Assembly (NCBI GenBank): GCA_002633005.1
Contig: NMRA01000542.1
Span: forward strand, 186,001 to 250,000
Direction of reading: 5' to 3'
Length of the DNA: 64,000 nucleotides
Source: Phoronis australis
Taxonomy: Eukaryota; Animalia; Phoronida
Within the stretch, counting starts at the first letter, position 1, and the number at the start of each line of letters is the position of its first letter. The translations under genes were made by a program, and so were the position numbers. The notes beneath the pieces were generated by a model. The model searched no databases. It saw nothing but the letters and a program-made list of their open reading frames with translations, and was not told the DNA's origin. This document shows positions 11,586 to 26,515 of this stretch, piece after piece.

Positions 11586-14500
11586 TAAATTTATATTTTG
11601 TAAAACAAGACCCTTGTCCATACCCATTGCCAAAGGGCTTCAATAAACCGACATTTATGACTTCATCTCAGTGAAAAAGGCTGCCCACTCAGATTAAACG
11701 CTATATTTGGCTCCGGCCGCCGCAGTATCCCAGTACCACTGAATGGCTTCTGATTGAACTGACATCCTAAATTTTTGTCAAGATGTTGAAAAAGCGACCC
11801 AAATGTATACCGAAAAATCAAAAATGCACCCAATGAGAATATTATCTATAGTTTCACTTGCAAATTAACTTTGCTTGCAGACGTTGTACTCAATTTTTGA
11901 CAACGGTATTTCTTGTCACAATGTTCCAGGCTTCAAGCGACAAAACAGGCCCGACGTCCAAGGTTGGACAATAGAGTGGTGTATATCTATAACAAACTCC
12001 TACTAAAAGGTGATTCTTCATTGAAGTGCCCTTCAAATGAGTACCATTTTTCGAGACAAGTCTTTCAGTGGGTATCCAAATATCATGTGCATACGTCTCT
12101 CGAGGAGGTTATCGATGATGACCGTAAGTGAAAGCGTTAGTAAATTAACAATTTGCAATGAGTCGGAATTTGTTTACAAGCGACCGTAAACTTTGGTGCT
12201 TCAATCTCCACGAAAAGCTCGAATTCGTCATTGTTTATCGGAAATGTGTTTGGCGAGTTCAGCGACGACGTCGCATTGACGGCAATAGGTCGGTCGTATT
12301 TGGCAGCAGAGCTGCAGTACGGCGTCAAATTTGACGCGGTACCCTCATCAATTAGAAAGCCCACAACCTGCACGTACTGACTTCTAGTTTCATTACAGAA
12401 ATTAATAGAAGTAATATCGACAATCATTTCCATAGGCCGTTCTACTCACGACTCAAGAGTCGCGTATTGTTTGGCCATTACCGGATGCTACCGGCTACGT
12501 CACTTAGTAACTGATACTCCTACAGACGTTATTTTTTCAAAACGTCACCTTTCTTTCCGGCAGCAGCGAGATATTTGCGTTCCTGCCATGCTAAATATCA
12601 ATGTTTTTGCAAACTGCCCTACATTCGGTTCTATACACAGTTGTGCTGCCACAGCACTACTAGGCGAAAACAAAGCACAAAGAAAATCAGAACCATTTTC
12701 ACAAACCTTTATTCTCAAACTGAATCTCATCGTCTTATGTCACAACCATCAATGAAACAACTATAAGCTATAACTGTGACAGACAATAACTCAACGAAGT
12801 TCAGTACAGTGTATACAGCTTACGAATAAGCACAATCATACAAATTCACTGACCAGTTGCCAAGTGACCGAGCGACAAATGAAGAATCCTTTACATGAGT
12901 AGGAAACTATGGGCAGCCCTAAAGAGACTACTTTTAATGAAACGTTTTTAAAAAATAGATAAGAATTATCTATTGTACTACAAAACTAACAACTGAAAAT
13001 CATTACTTTTTATTTCTGTATAAAACAATAAAGGGTTTGAACAACCTTCTACTATGACTAATTATACAAGGACAATGTTTATGAATAGCTCATTACACCT
13101 CCACTACCAGATACATGTACCTCCCATGGTAAAACTCTTTAAATAAGCTACTTGTCATTTGCCTACGAGTCCTCACAGGACTGGAAAACCTGTGACCTGA
13201 AGGCAAGGCAGGATCAAAGAAATGCCTAATTTCAAAATACCATGTGTCTGCAAGAACAATAATATTTAATAGTCATAGTTTATCTCTCCAAACATGGTAG
13301 AAGGCTAGTTCTTCTTAAAAAAAAACGAAAAAGTTTTCAACTTTTGGGAGACCAAGAGAGAAATTTCGGCACATCACAATAAATTTGTCCAATGTTATAA
13401 AAATCTGTAAACATTGATCATCACACATATTAAAATTGTAATTTTCCTTTTTGATAATTTTCAGAAACAATTATACTAACAAGTCATTTCCACTTGTGAA
13501 ACACAAGTTATTTTTAACACAAGAATGAATAAAATAAGTACAGTATCTTTTCATAAAATCACAAGTAAAGCAACTCATGCTTTACAAACATGCCTAAAAA
13601 TTTTGAAATGTGACCTCATGAGATGTAAGAAAAATAATGATAACTGAATACCAGCACAGCACCTGTACCATTGAAGACAAGACCATTTTGCCAAATAAAC
13701 TATGCTGCCTCATGTAGACATAGATAATAACCAAACGATATTTGCATGACTAACAAAAAGCAAGACATTTCTCAAAGAAATATTTTGGAAAAAATATTTA
13801 AGTTAGGTTAAGATGAGTCCTCTGGGGCCAGTTACAACAAAACTGACTTAGCTAAGGCAAATCTTAGAGTTAAGTAAAAAATGAACTTAGGCCAGTTTCT
13901 TGGAACGCCCCTGATTTTTTTTGCTTAAAAAGTTACACTATCATAATCCAATGGTACATGTCTGATCATGAGCAGAATTAAAAATTTGAATACTTTTTTG
14001 CAACAATTTTGCAATTTTACTGTGATGGTCCTTTTGTATGAAAATGTGTGATGCAGTACTTCTTGGTGCCTTTTTAACCAGAAACACAAGGTCTCCTCTC
14101 ACAAGCTACATGTTAGGATATAGGTTTAAGGTGTTGTTTATTAATTAAAACGGAATATTTTTAATTTGCCGCATAATATGGCAAACAGTGGAAATTTCAC
14201 TTGCTAACAGTTGTCAAGAAAAATGAAGCTTCAGGAAATTTTGTTTTGTTTTTAGTATGGCCTGGTTGTCACACAATAAAATTTGATAACATTTTGTGCA
14301 CACCCATCAATGCAATAAGCCTCTGAAAAACAGAAAAAATATCAATTTTATAAATTGTTACTTTTGTTCCCAATCAAAGTTTGGGGTACTTTGAAATTAT
14401 GCATTTTTCATCAAAAAATTCTGATGTCAGTCCCAACAGTTTACTTGAAGGTTGCACTATGAGTTTCCAATCCTGTGTGTACTTTTGGTGCAGAACTTTC

Positions 14501-16785
14501 ACAACAACTTTAAACACTGTCATCACCATAACTATCATCCTTTTAGATTTAGAGCAGGATCCAGTTTACAATCTGTAGTCTGGTCAAGATACTCAACATA
14601 AACTGGCGACCTAGCAGCATTAGGAACCATAGGCCTACTTCAAGATAAATTACAACATACAGCTAAAATGAGGCCAAATCAAAACCGCCAACAGACAAGA
14701 ACAACAAACCAAGTTTACAGTGCGTAATCTAGTCTCCCAAGCAATGACAATCACTCATTCCATCGTATGCCTAAATGCTCACTTGCTGTACAAGAAAAAC
14801 TCTAATAAAATGTATTACAAACATAACAGAGATTTACATGGCTTTAGAATGGTCTAAAATGCAACAAGGATATTAGCAAATAAGTATTTTATCGTCTATT
14901 CAAATTGTTTAGACCTTAAGTTAATGCACATCTAACAAACATGTGCAGGTGAAGACGATGCTTAATGGAAGAGATAATTAAAATCAGCAGGTCTGGAGAA
15001 TCATTGTTGATTCCAACATTAGAGGAGCAATTAAAGCTGTTCAAAACACCTGTCCAATTTATTGAGCCAATATAGGACTTGAATAAGACTGCTGGTTAGA
15101 ATTAATTAAATGTAAGTGACAACTGAGTTTACCTGACAATTCTCATTACGTAAACAAACTGACATGTAATTTGATACATAGGACTGAATTAAGACTTTCT
15201 ACTAGCACCATGATTGTGAATCGATAAACATGTAAACCATTCAGATCTATAATTATGAGTACGCGCAGTTACTCATCCAGGTTGGGATATGGGGAAACAT
15301 AAGTCACATATGGACAAGAGGTCGACTGAGCAACGGTCCTGCAAAGAGATACTTTCAGCAGTTGAGCTTTGGAGATCTAATATTTTGTTATCAGTTCACC
15401 TGATTGATAGAACACACGAAATACATGGGTGCCCCAGGTATTTGTTCAGTATTCCTTCTCTGGCAATCTATACCAAGATAAAGGAAACAGCATGACACCT
15501 GACCTCCCAACTTGACATTACAGAAAAACCAAGTTGTGGAATGTTTGTTGACGATTGTAACATGTAACCAAACAAACGCACTGCAATGACCGCTTTGACA
15601 GATTTTGCCAAAAAAATCCCCAGTCTCCAGTAGCCACAAACAAAACATGACTATCACATAAATGTTCAAATACCAAACCATTTTGGCAGAAATTATAACC
15701 TGGATTAGTTCCTTTGTTGCTGACAGTACTAGCGACTATTAATTCAATATGAATGACATGCATAAGTGAACCCATAAAAGAAATTCAGGATTTTGGTGAA
15801 AAATGAGGGGTGTTCACAAGATTCTTTTATCACTACATGTCACGTGAGAAAGACCCGTCTTATAGAATTATCTGTCTGAGCTCAAAAAGGCTGAACAAGC
15901 AGCAAAGCTCCCCAAGCACATGCAACTCTAATGGAATGACAAATGAGTACCAACTCTGTAGTATAGGTCTCTGGAAATGAAGAAAAATGAAATACAGAGA
16001 TTCATTTCATTATGATACAGTTGAACATCATTACAACTTACAACAAGGGACCTTTGAAATCAGTCCATTATAACAATATTTCATTGTAACCATACTTTAC
16101 ATATTAGGAAAATTGGAGCTTGGAAATAATGCTATATCATTGTTAACACTTTAAACTGAGTATGAGGTTTGGCTGTATCAATTCTACACAAACCAAAAGC
16201 TAACTTTACATTCTAGTCAGTATTACTACACTACACTATGAGAAGTCCATATATTTATTCAGCAGAAGACACCTTTGTCAGTTTATCTGTAAGTGACTCA
16301 ACATTTCAAACAGCAATGTAAGCCACAGAGTCATAAACTGAGAAAACGTGCAAACATTTTGAATGACTGAACTTTGTAGACCTTGTTCATCATTGAAATA
16401 CTGATACAAAATAGTTAAAAAATAACATGCAGTACAAGCCATATTAGTATTCATAACATACAGTACAAGCCATATTAGTATTCAGACATAATGACTTGGA
16501 ATTCCCCATCACGACATCTGGCAGGCCGAATGCATTGTCAAGAGTAGTCTTCCAGTATGACCAATAATGAATAGAGATTTACAGGAAAGTTAGTAAGGTG
16601 GATAAGCAACCTTTATAGTTATTACAAATCATTTTTGCAGTTAGAATTAGCGGTCATGACAGGAAACGGTATTTTGTCTCATTTTGCTTGTATTGTACAA
16701 TCATTTTTGATTCACAAAAAAAATTTAGTCTAGTCATTGCTGATTTGATATCACAGCTCTGTCTGTTAAGCAACATCACATAATG

Positions 16786-19700
16786 CTATGCCTCAGTACT
16801 ATAACTAGTGACCGGCCTCTGTCTGGTATACACATCATCTTCCTCATCTTCATCTTCATCTACATTTGTCTGAATGTCTCTTGAGCTTGGAGTGTGACCG
16901 TTGCTTGTGGGTTTCTTATGGTTGATGACGTTCATGTGCTCGATATCCGAGTCATCACTAAGTAAGTCTGCAAAATAAACCAACATTGGCTATTGTAAGA
17001 CTTGTGACATGCACATTAAGATTTTGTTAGAAATGAGCTTGAGGAGAACTCATTCACGGAATATACACAATACAGAGTGCATTGGCAATAACTATAAACC
17101 AGTTATTATAACTGGTTATATCTTGAGTCGTGTCACCTTCAGGCAGAAATGAGACAGGAGCCAGCACAAAATGAATGTGTCATCCTCCTTACAGCAATGT
17201 AACAAAGTCTGCAGGCAATCTGTAATATGGGACATGTGTTTACCATTAATTGGAGCACATTCGCATCAACCTAGTCAAAATACAACTGCTTCTAACCAGT
17301 TTTGCATGCAAAGTTTTTATGTAGTGCAGCATCCTAATTTTCTCGACTACCACGAGTACTAAAACCAGTACTTCAGGGAGTAGTTTGGGGACAAAAGTAA
17401 AAATAAACAGTAGCAAGACAGAGCATTAACATGCGTCCACCATGTACATCACGATGACAAAATAATTGGTGCTTTCCTTTCCAATATTTCCAACATAAAT
17501 GGATCCAGTCAAAAACCAAGATCACTGTGCTGTCCAAATTAAGAGCACACAGGTCAAATATCGTGAAGATTCATTAAAGAACACACGCAAAGACAATTTG
17601 ACCACTAGGAGGCATCAGAGCAGTCAGACTTGTCCAACAAACAATACCAGTTGTGCTCCCCTCAATAAAAACACAATGTCACACCTGGTGTAGATCTATC
17701 AACTGAAAAAATTTAAAAGTTATTCAGGCAGAGGGGAAAAATTGTCACTAGGTTGTGCAACAGTAGTCTTACCCATAATCAATGTCAGTTGTACTTTCCT
17801 CAATACCAGATTTCATGAAAAGCGTCATGGAATTTTAGTTGACAGATAATGAGATAGAGAAAAAACTGTCACTATGAGGCACTACAGTAGCTGCACCTGT
17901 CCAAAAACCAGCTGTGTTCTACTCACACATCTTCATTGCCAAATTTCACCATGAATTCTTCAAGAGCTTCAGTGGATAGAGAGATGGATACCAAAACAGA
18001 CTCAAAAATACTGAAAAAAAGTTGTTGTCATCTGTTGTTTGCTTCATAGGACCATCCCAAATTTCATTAAGATCCTATAAAGGGTTTAGATGATACAGCA
18101 GTGGTCGTGGAATGTATGCGGGACAGACGGTAGACAGAGATGACATGTGAACACATAAAAATTGCTAGTAGATTTCACACAAAGCGAGAATAAGAAACGT
18201 TCCTCACATTAATGCACCCGACTCATAACAACAAGCAGATGCAACTATTAACTGTTGACTCCAGGGTGCTTTAACAGCCATTGAGAACACAATTTTCCCC
18301 ACTAACATTCAAACGTGGGTGTTAAGAGGGAAAGCTTAATTCCCACTCGGACTGAAGCTAAAATCATATCAAACAAGAGAATTTAACAGCAGAGCACCAA
18401 CGCATCAATATATTGAGAATGATTAAACTCAAGAGTCATCTCAGTGGGTTTAGCACATGTAGCCAAGTGCACAAAAATGTCACTAGGAGGCGCCACAGTA
18501 GTTGAAGTTGTCCAAACAGTTGGATTGGTCTGAAATTCATTGTCCTCTGTTATCAGCTTCATAGGAACACATCTGACAAATACAAATACGGATGCCGGAT
18601 GCCCAGACAGAGATGACGGCAATATGCAGCCGGTATCTAGAGCCTCATGTGCTGCTATTGAAAGTACTGGGAGTCCCTTTTGATTGCATTCCAGAAGCTT
18701 GTTCTGAATGAGCAGCAAACAGATTCGCGCCACATGTTACATTTGTTTGCATGACTTTCCTGTTACCCCCTTCATTTGTCATCCTTTACAGTATTTCGCA
18801 CCTGCCGTGTCCCACTGTGCATGTCTCCAGATTTTGCTTTGTGGTAGTATTACTGCGTCAGTCATTTTCACTTGAGAATGAAACAAGTGTTTCGAAATAT
18901 CGTGCGTCTTTTAATCATGTCTCTTAGTCAGTTGCTTTACCAATGCTCTGTTGAGTGTCGAACTTAGTTCCGAGAATATGAGCGAAACATAAGAAAGATT
19001 GTTAATAACGACAAGTGCCATGTATTCAACCTATTGCACATGTAAATATAATTTATGTGGGCACAAAAAATCCAGTTTCATTTAATTTTACCCATTTTAG
19101 TCGCAAAACGTGGGTTATGCAACTTTAAAACATACTTAGGGAAGTTACATAATGCACAAACATACCAAGCATTACAAAGATTATAATAATAAGTGCACAA
19201 TGTCTTACTGAGAGATATTAAGAAAAACAGTGCCCCATGAACTGAAGTGGGAATTGCAGGCTGGTCAACTTTACTGATTCACAAGGTAAAAGTGGTTCCA
19301 GATAAGGTTCCTTCACAGAATTGTAGCAACAAATGTATTTCTTTTCAAAACTGATTCGTCTTTACTAGAATTGTATTGCGACCGATAACTTCTGATCTGC
19401 AATCAGTCATTGGCTACTGGCTAAACACAATCTTTACCCGTCTAGACATTTTCTTTGGCAAATTACACAACTTAGATATATATTACTCATCTGTATGGGA
19501 ACATATCACATCTACTATCAAATACTCAAGGATGCTTCTCCCTCAATCGAAATGTTCAAGGAGGCGTTTAAGTAAATTCAAATTGAAAAATACCACTATT
19601 TCAGAAATTCTGAATATGAAAAGTAACAATAAATGGTCGTCTCTGGCTCTTTTGTAACCTTGAGTACCCATGGGTTCTAATGTTGTTTGCAGAACTCAAA

Positions 19701-22700
19701 ATGCACATGTGGTGTGTGGGCCCACACATGTGTGTGTGTGTGTGTGTGCGTGCGTGCGCGTGTGTGTGTGTCTGTCTGTCTGTCTGTCTGTGTCTGTGTG
19801 CGTGTGTCCTTTGTCTATTGTGCATTGTTTATGTGTTTTCATTAAACGAATAAAAAAGAACGACAGTGCATGTCATAACACATTTTTTAAGTAACAAAAT
19901 AGTTGAAAAAATATGTTCAAATCATCAGGTTCCAAGAACTGTTGCTAAACAGTGAAATGAAAGAAATAAAGGATTTTTTTTGGAGACGAGCATCATAGAA
20001 AAAAGTTCATACCAGGTGTTCCACTTTAGTGGAATGACATTTAACACTACCATAGCAGTAACCCAAAATCAAGGAGCATGACTGGGGAAATGATGCAAAA
20101 TGCTTCTTTTGTATTAGCCCAGCAGCAGTGGTTATCACTTCAAAGCCAGAGATTTTTTTTACCATGTAGCGGGTCACAATACGCCCTAATTTGAACATTC
20201 AAGTATATGAATGCTAACATGCCATAGTAGTTACAGTGAAAATCCTTGACAAAAACAATGGCTGAATTCTGTTTCAGTTTTCATTATCACCACAACTTTT
20301 AGAAAATCTGATATTGAGATAATGTTATCACATACCATCTTATGATGAAATTCATTATAGCTAGTCAAACAAAACCCAGTAACCTAATTTGTTCCTTCAA
20401 AACAAGTAATTTATGTGACTCATCTTATGATAACCTACTTTTCAAAAACACGACTCCTTAAGAGCTAAATTTAAATAACAGGATCAGAGGCTAAAACATT
20501 AATAAGTTATTAACTAACCAAAAAGGAAATAATTATTACAGTAACCTATAAATAACAAAACAATTGGTTGAACATGATTGCACATAAAACATGTCTTTCT
20601 CAGTTATAGGTCAGTGCAGTTTCTAGTAACTGGAGAACACTGGAGGTTGAGACATAATGTAAACCAATGTAATGAAAATAATAATTATTATCCAAATTCT
20701 GCAACATGAGTATGCACCACACAAATAATATTACAGGCCAGCCCTGTTTCCACTATTACTGATCAGTGATGAAACATGACCAAAGAAATTAAAATTATAA
20801 TAATTATCGTCTAAATAACAAAACAATGCCAATACTGTTCTTACAAGTGTGGGAAATAATATCTGTCTCAGCAGGAAGAAAATAGCTCTCTCTCATCTCA
20901 AACAATCGACTGATGAAAAGATCAATACTAATATGTCCAAACCAGGATGCTAGTACCAAACCCTAACTACTAAATCAATCCCTGAATAGACAGGGTGTGT
21001 AATAAGAATTTTGCCCCAGGTTGATAACAACACATAGGGTTCATTGATTATATGAACCAGTGAGCCATGTGTTGGTGGGTAAACAACAGGCTTACTAGAC
21101 AACAACACCTTTCCAAGATAAACACTATTTTGACCAACAACTGATTACTTATGCAGGACCTAGGCAAATACAAGAGCAATGAGGAGTGTTGAAATGCGCC
21201 CACAAATGCATCGCAAATGGTGTGCTTTTGGGGTTATTTATTTGTATCATAAAAATGGCCACTAGATGGCACAAAAACGTACAATACGTCACACATTAAA
21301 ATAATTTTTATTCAACTAACTAAGTTTGCTAAATACTCATAACTAAAAGGATCACAGCATGTGAGGAATCGAATATTTTGTGAATATTCCCATGTCAACT
21401 GCATGAACTGTAAAGAGCAGATTATGAAATGTTTTTCTGAAAAGCACCTACTAGTAATCATCATTTAGTGAAATAATATGTTTGTGTGTTTTCAGTTTTC
21501 TTTATACAAAAGGCAACCGGTGACATGCATGACCTTGACCTGCCTTGGATTCAACACCACACTGAAATAACCATGACTGGCAGACGGAGTCCTTGATCTC
21601 ACTCGAGATGTCATATCTCAAGTGAGACCAAATATTCCATCTGCCACTGACGTTTTTACAAAAAAATTAAAATGCATATGCATACCAGGACGTAAGACAT
21701 CCAAATATAACTAAGTAAACTCACATAAGACATATCTACCTGGACCATAAAATTTTATTGATCTAATAAAGGTATAATTCCACTTATCCAAAGGATTATC
21801 CAAAAGAGTGAGTGCACAAGCTAAGAACAACCATACCACAGAACTTTGTCCAGAGTTAAGCAAAGATCCGAAGTTTGCAAGTAACTAATCACATAAAATT
21901 TACAAAGAACAAGTTGAACGCAACTTACTAGTCATTTCAAGGTCGGACATTCTAAAGACTCGAGGTGGTGGGTGAAGATCAAAATAGACTGACTTTTCTC
22001 GAGGCCAAAGTAAATGAACCAAGACGGCAAATGATAGAAAGTCAGCGGCACATGTCATACCTAAAGAGAGAAACCATGAAGAAAGTCGCATAGCAAACAC
22101 AAAATGACCAAAGACAAACATCATTTGAAGGACTGAAAAAAAATCATTTGTGAAATGTTATCAAAAATGTGTGCTACCACATGAACTTCATGATATTACA
22201 ACAGAAAGAACTGACAGCAAAGTTTTCTAAGTACACCCGAGATCCTACTGAGAATACAAAACTGCAACAAACCAGGCTGACTCTCAGATTACTGAGCACA
22301 GAACATAATTATGATTGTGGAGATCAAATGTTTTAACAATTTTTTCACATGCAAACTTCTAAATAAAAAAGAATAGCAGATTGGAAACAACAATATGTTT
22401 TCAAAGGTTAACTTCTAAATAAACTTACACAGTATGGTCTTGTATCTCCAAAGTGCCGATACCTCGGCCCCGACTAGCGCCACTATTGGTAGATAAATAA
22501 ACCAAACCAGGAAGCCAGCACCAAAGTGGAGGTAAAACCGCCGCTTATGTTGGTTGTTTTCCAAGGAAAATGAGTTGAGTAGCTCATACACAAACCAGAT
22601 CATGATTCCCATCCTGAAGACAAGGATAAGATAACCAGGCCACGTCTGCCACTCATCTTTGTCGGATATTGTGTCAATCTCAGTCTGAAAACCAACAAAT

Positions 22701-25700
22701 TCATGGATTCAAAATTTAATTCTTTAGTATGATGTTATTTGAAGTTTTGGACCCGGTCAAATTAAATTAAGAAGCCAAAATTGAAAAAAATAATTAGGCC
22801 ACATTTAAGTAGCACTTGAAATTACAAAAAAAAACCTTGGCCGTGGTTACTCTAATACTTCTCAACTCCCTGGGAGCGTTCAATTGGTATAACTGTTTTC
22901 AGCACACACTGAATAACCTAAACACATAAATTTGTAAAAGTTTCAAGCACTAAAATGCTCCCGAAGGCATCCAAATGGGAAATGATCTGCGAAATTTTTG
23001 GCAATGTGATGTGACTGCACTTCAATTTCTTTTTTTGGGATCGAAATTACATCATACTAGTGTCAGACACATCATCACTAAACACCTACATATTGTGACT
23101 GTTGGTGCATAACAAAGCATGACACGTCCTCACTAAACACCCACATATTGTGACTGTTGGTGCAAAACAAAGCATGACACGTCCTCACTAAACACCCACA
23201 TATTGTAACTGTTGGAGCATAACAAAGCATGACACGTCCTCAACGGAATCAAATTTGAGTGTTGGTACAATGATGAAACAGTCGTAGCAGGGAAGAAAAA
23301 AATCATATTCTGTGTTCGTGGCTAAAACTTTTTAAAGAATTTTTAAGTCATTGTAAAGTACAAGACCTAAATTTCTTAAAAGCTCTGCAATGCAGATGAA
23401 TCACAGCCACATGCATTGAGCTGAGCCCAACCAGCATACACAGTAGTCACCACCTCATGTTGCGGAGCATGAACAAGTATTGAGACGCAGCATCACAAAT
23501 TATACTCAACTGGAAAAAAACAAATTAGTTATCACTATACTCAATACTCACAAAGTTCCACACGAACAAGAAGAGGTAGATAAGTGTATAGGTACCCCAA
23601 ACTCCATACACGACCGCCTTGCGATTAAGTTTCCTGGCCGTTATGTGCCAACCTTTGGCTAAAAACAATAGCAGCAACATAAATAAGCTCTGCGAAGCTG
23701 TGTCAATAAAATCGCCCACGATTTTCAACGGCTCCACTCCTTTGCCGTCAAAGGCAAACTTTAGAATATGTCCAGTGTTAAGTAGTACGCCAACATACTC
23801 CATGAGCATACAGGCCATTAGGAGGTGACTGATTACGTGTCTCAGTTTGATCACAGCATATAACTGTAAAGGAACTAGAAACGTGTATAAAACGAAGAAG
23901 ATCAAGTAGATCTCGACAACATCATGTTGCTCAAAGGAGAATTGATGCTCAAATGGATTAAAGTGTTTGTTCTTAGGATCTCCATTCACAAAGTAGATGT
24001 CATATTTCATCTGGACGTTAGGCGTCTTGCCATGAGTCCAGTAACAGCCTGATGTGTTGTCACTGTTTCTTTGGCATGCCACCATACTCACAAACCAGAA
24101 CCTGGAGAAAAAAAATCCATTGCTGAGGTTTGAATTAAAATTAAAATGCACAAAGACACTGGGTAGAATTATTGATTTTAAAGTGTTTATCCCTGTAACT
24201 CTTTAATCGATAAAACCTTGCCATTCAGGGAAATGGTTCCTTCATTTCAGTAAAGACCAAAAGGTGAATTGCCTTGCCGAAACTGTCACTAACTTATGTA
24301 TACCGATAGCGAGTGTGACAGGTCTAAAAACAAAAATCTCATTGTAAGGTCAAAGCAACTTTAATGTAATAGTGGTCACTGGTCAGGTTATACTTGATGT
24401 GAATGTACAAGAAACTGAATTGAACATCTCCTTATAACTGACATTAAATTTCAAAGCCAGGAAGCACAAAATTAACCTTTAATAAAAGATGTCAACCAAC
24501 TTAAAATTCACACACATGCACTACATATTCCCTATATTCTCAACGCTATAACCCCTCAAGAGCCAAAATTCAAAACCCGTTTGAAATGCGGGACTGCAAT
24601 GAAATTTCGATTAATGTTTTCACCTAGTCTGTATAACCTAGTAGAAATGTTACTAGTAAGTAATTTTCTTCAACTGGTATTTTGCAACATTTATCTAAAA
24701 TTTGCTAAAATTTGCATTATCACCAATCATAACATATCCCCAAAATGAACGGGGGATAATTTTACAGAAGTTGTTGTTCTTCAAACTAAAAAGATATCAG
24801 TTATCAATCATACAACCAACTGTAGGTGTTCTTCAAACTAAAAAGATATCAGTTATCAATCATACAATCTACTGTAGGTGTTCAAATAAGCATGTGTCAA
24901 AAAGCTGTAATATGTCATGTTCCCACTTTGCCTATGTTCTTATGCAGCACATTACTTGAGCCAAAAGTATCCAGATGAGATGATCCTGAATTCTCCATCA
25001 TGATGGCTGAGTGGCAACCAAATTCATCTTCTGAGTAATCCTCCCTCATGACTGAGAATGAAGGGGAATGAACAGCAAAATTCGCAAGCTGACTATGCCA
25101 TTCAGTAATTAGAATTTTGGTGCTCTAATGAGTATTAACGATAATTTTTGCTGTTAACAGAGTTACCATCATGACAGGAAAACGGTATTTTGTCTGGCTA
25201 CTTTTGTCTTGTATTGCAGCTACACAAGTACAAGTATTAGTGACTGGCTCTGTCCAGGGGTCATGGAGGTCGAGTTTGATAAGATAAAAAAATTACATGT
25301 GATAGACACGAATCAATCGTGAAATAACTAGTTCACAAATTTGTTCACAGATGGTGTGACATAATGTCTAAAACGTATCTTGATCTCCGAAGTATTTGCT
25401 AGAGTTAGAATGATATGAAGACATCGTCGGCCTCCTAACATGTCACTCTGTCAGGGCTTGACACTTGACTTCTAAGGATAGCAGCAACTGGTCAAATGAT
25501 CAAATTCAATATTCTAAATACTCAAGACATAATTTTCAAAACAGAGCTACTTCACAAGCAAAATTCAGAGATGAATCATTTACTTCATTATTAACTAGCT
25601 TTGTTTTAGCGTTTAGTCATATTTGGCGACACATATTTTCCGGTGTGACGTAGATTTGAATAAATCCTCTCTAAATTGTTTACGGTCATTGCCTTTATTA

Positions 25701-26515
25701 GTAGGCCAAACCACTTGGACGCTCGAAATTAAAATCCACGGACAGGAGAGATTTCACGTTCACTCCTCAGGGGAAGTTCAGAGCCATGCCCCCAGCCTGG
25801 GCGCATCAACTCCCAGACAAGAGATCTGACCGACCTAAGGGCCAGGCAGTGCACTTGATCCGTAAAAGGAAGAGGACTGAGACTGGAGTGATATCGCTTA
25901 TCTATGGGCAATTGCTTCTTTGTCTAACACTTTGGACGTTCCACTCTAATTGCCATTGGATTTTTCTACACATAAACGTGTATCTAGATGGCAATATGAA
26001 CCACAAGCACTTCAGACATGACACATGCACAATTACCTTGGTTGTTTTGTGTCTTGAATGCGGTAGGTAAACTGAAATCCAGGCACAACAATTTTTTTAT
26101 TATCCTCTTCAATGCACAACTCGTTCATGGGACAAGGAACCTTCCTCAGAAAATCTTCCTCCCCGTCTGGACGACACTTTTCATCCCACGCAGCAGTGTC
26201 AATTTTTAAGAACATCTTATGGCATGCTTTAGTCCTTGGGGTAACTTTTCTGTGGCTGTAAAATTCTAGAAAATATTCACTGTCTGTGACCACGAATGTG
26301 CCAGGAAAGGTGCCGTTCACAGCTGAGGATGTAATGTTTCCATAGATATAACCTTGCGTGTCGGTCGGTTGTTTGGAGTCGGCTTTTTGGAAGCCAAACT
26401 TGGCGAGAAAAAACATGAAATCGTCTGAATTCCATGTTCCTTCTAAGTGTAAACCGTGAATGGAAGACACAAAACAGTGCACGACTACCACTATTAAGAA
26501 GCAGCTATCCATCAT
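16786..26515 (-). CDS. GPR180/TMEM145-family (intimal thickness-related receptor-like) integral membrane protein, about 532 aa
   Basis: Exons 26515-26037, 24101-23552, 22684-22429, 22060-21929 and 16967-16786 join in frame (1599 nt including stop). Signal peptide, luminal domain (FLAKFGFQK...DFLRKVPCP..LC.EED...QPRFWFVSMVAC...NPFEHQFSFE), seven hydrophobic segments with LLLFLAKGW and WPGYLILVFR motifs, and an acidic C-tail. Confidence 0.9.
19728..19807. repeat. Compound (GT)n/(GTCT)n microsatellite
   Basis: Direct reading of the sequence. Confidence 0.95.
21168..21285. repeat. Interspersed repeat, inverted homolog at ~60500-60622
   Basis: ACAAGAGCAA..GTTGAAATGCGCCCAC.AATGCA..GCAAATGG...ATCATAAAAATGGCCACTAGAT is shared in opposite orientation. 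Confidence 0.7.
23075..23240. repeat. Tandem repeat, 55 bp x 3
   Basis: Unit TCACTAAACACCCACATATTGTGACTGTTGGTGCATAACAAAGCATGACACGTCC. Confidence 0.92.
24776..24883. repeat. Tandem duplication, ~52 bp x 2
   Basis: GTTCTTCAAACTAAAAAGATATCAGTTATCAATCATACAA..ACTGTAGGT repeated. Confidence 0.85.

Noticed and set aside
19601-19894. His/Thr- and Cys/Val-rich ORFs (also 43042-43387)
   Set aside because: Translations of GT/GCGT microsatellites.
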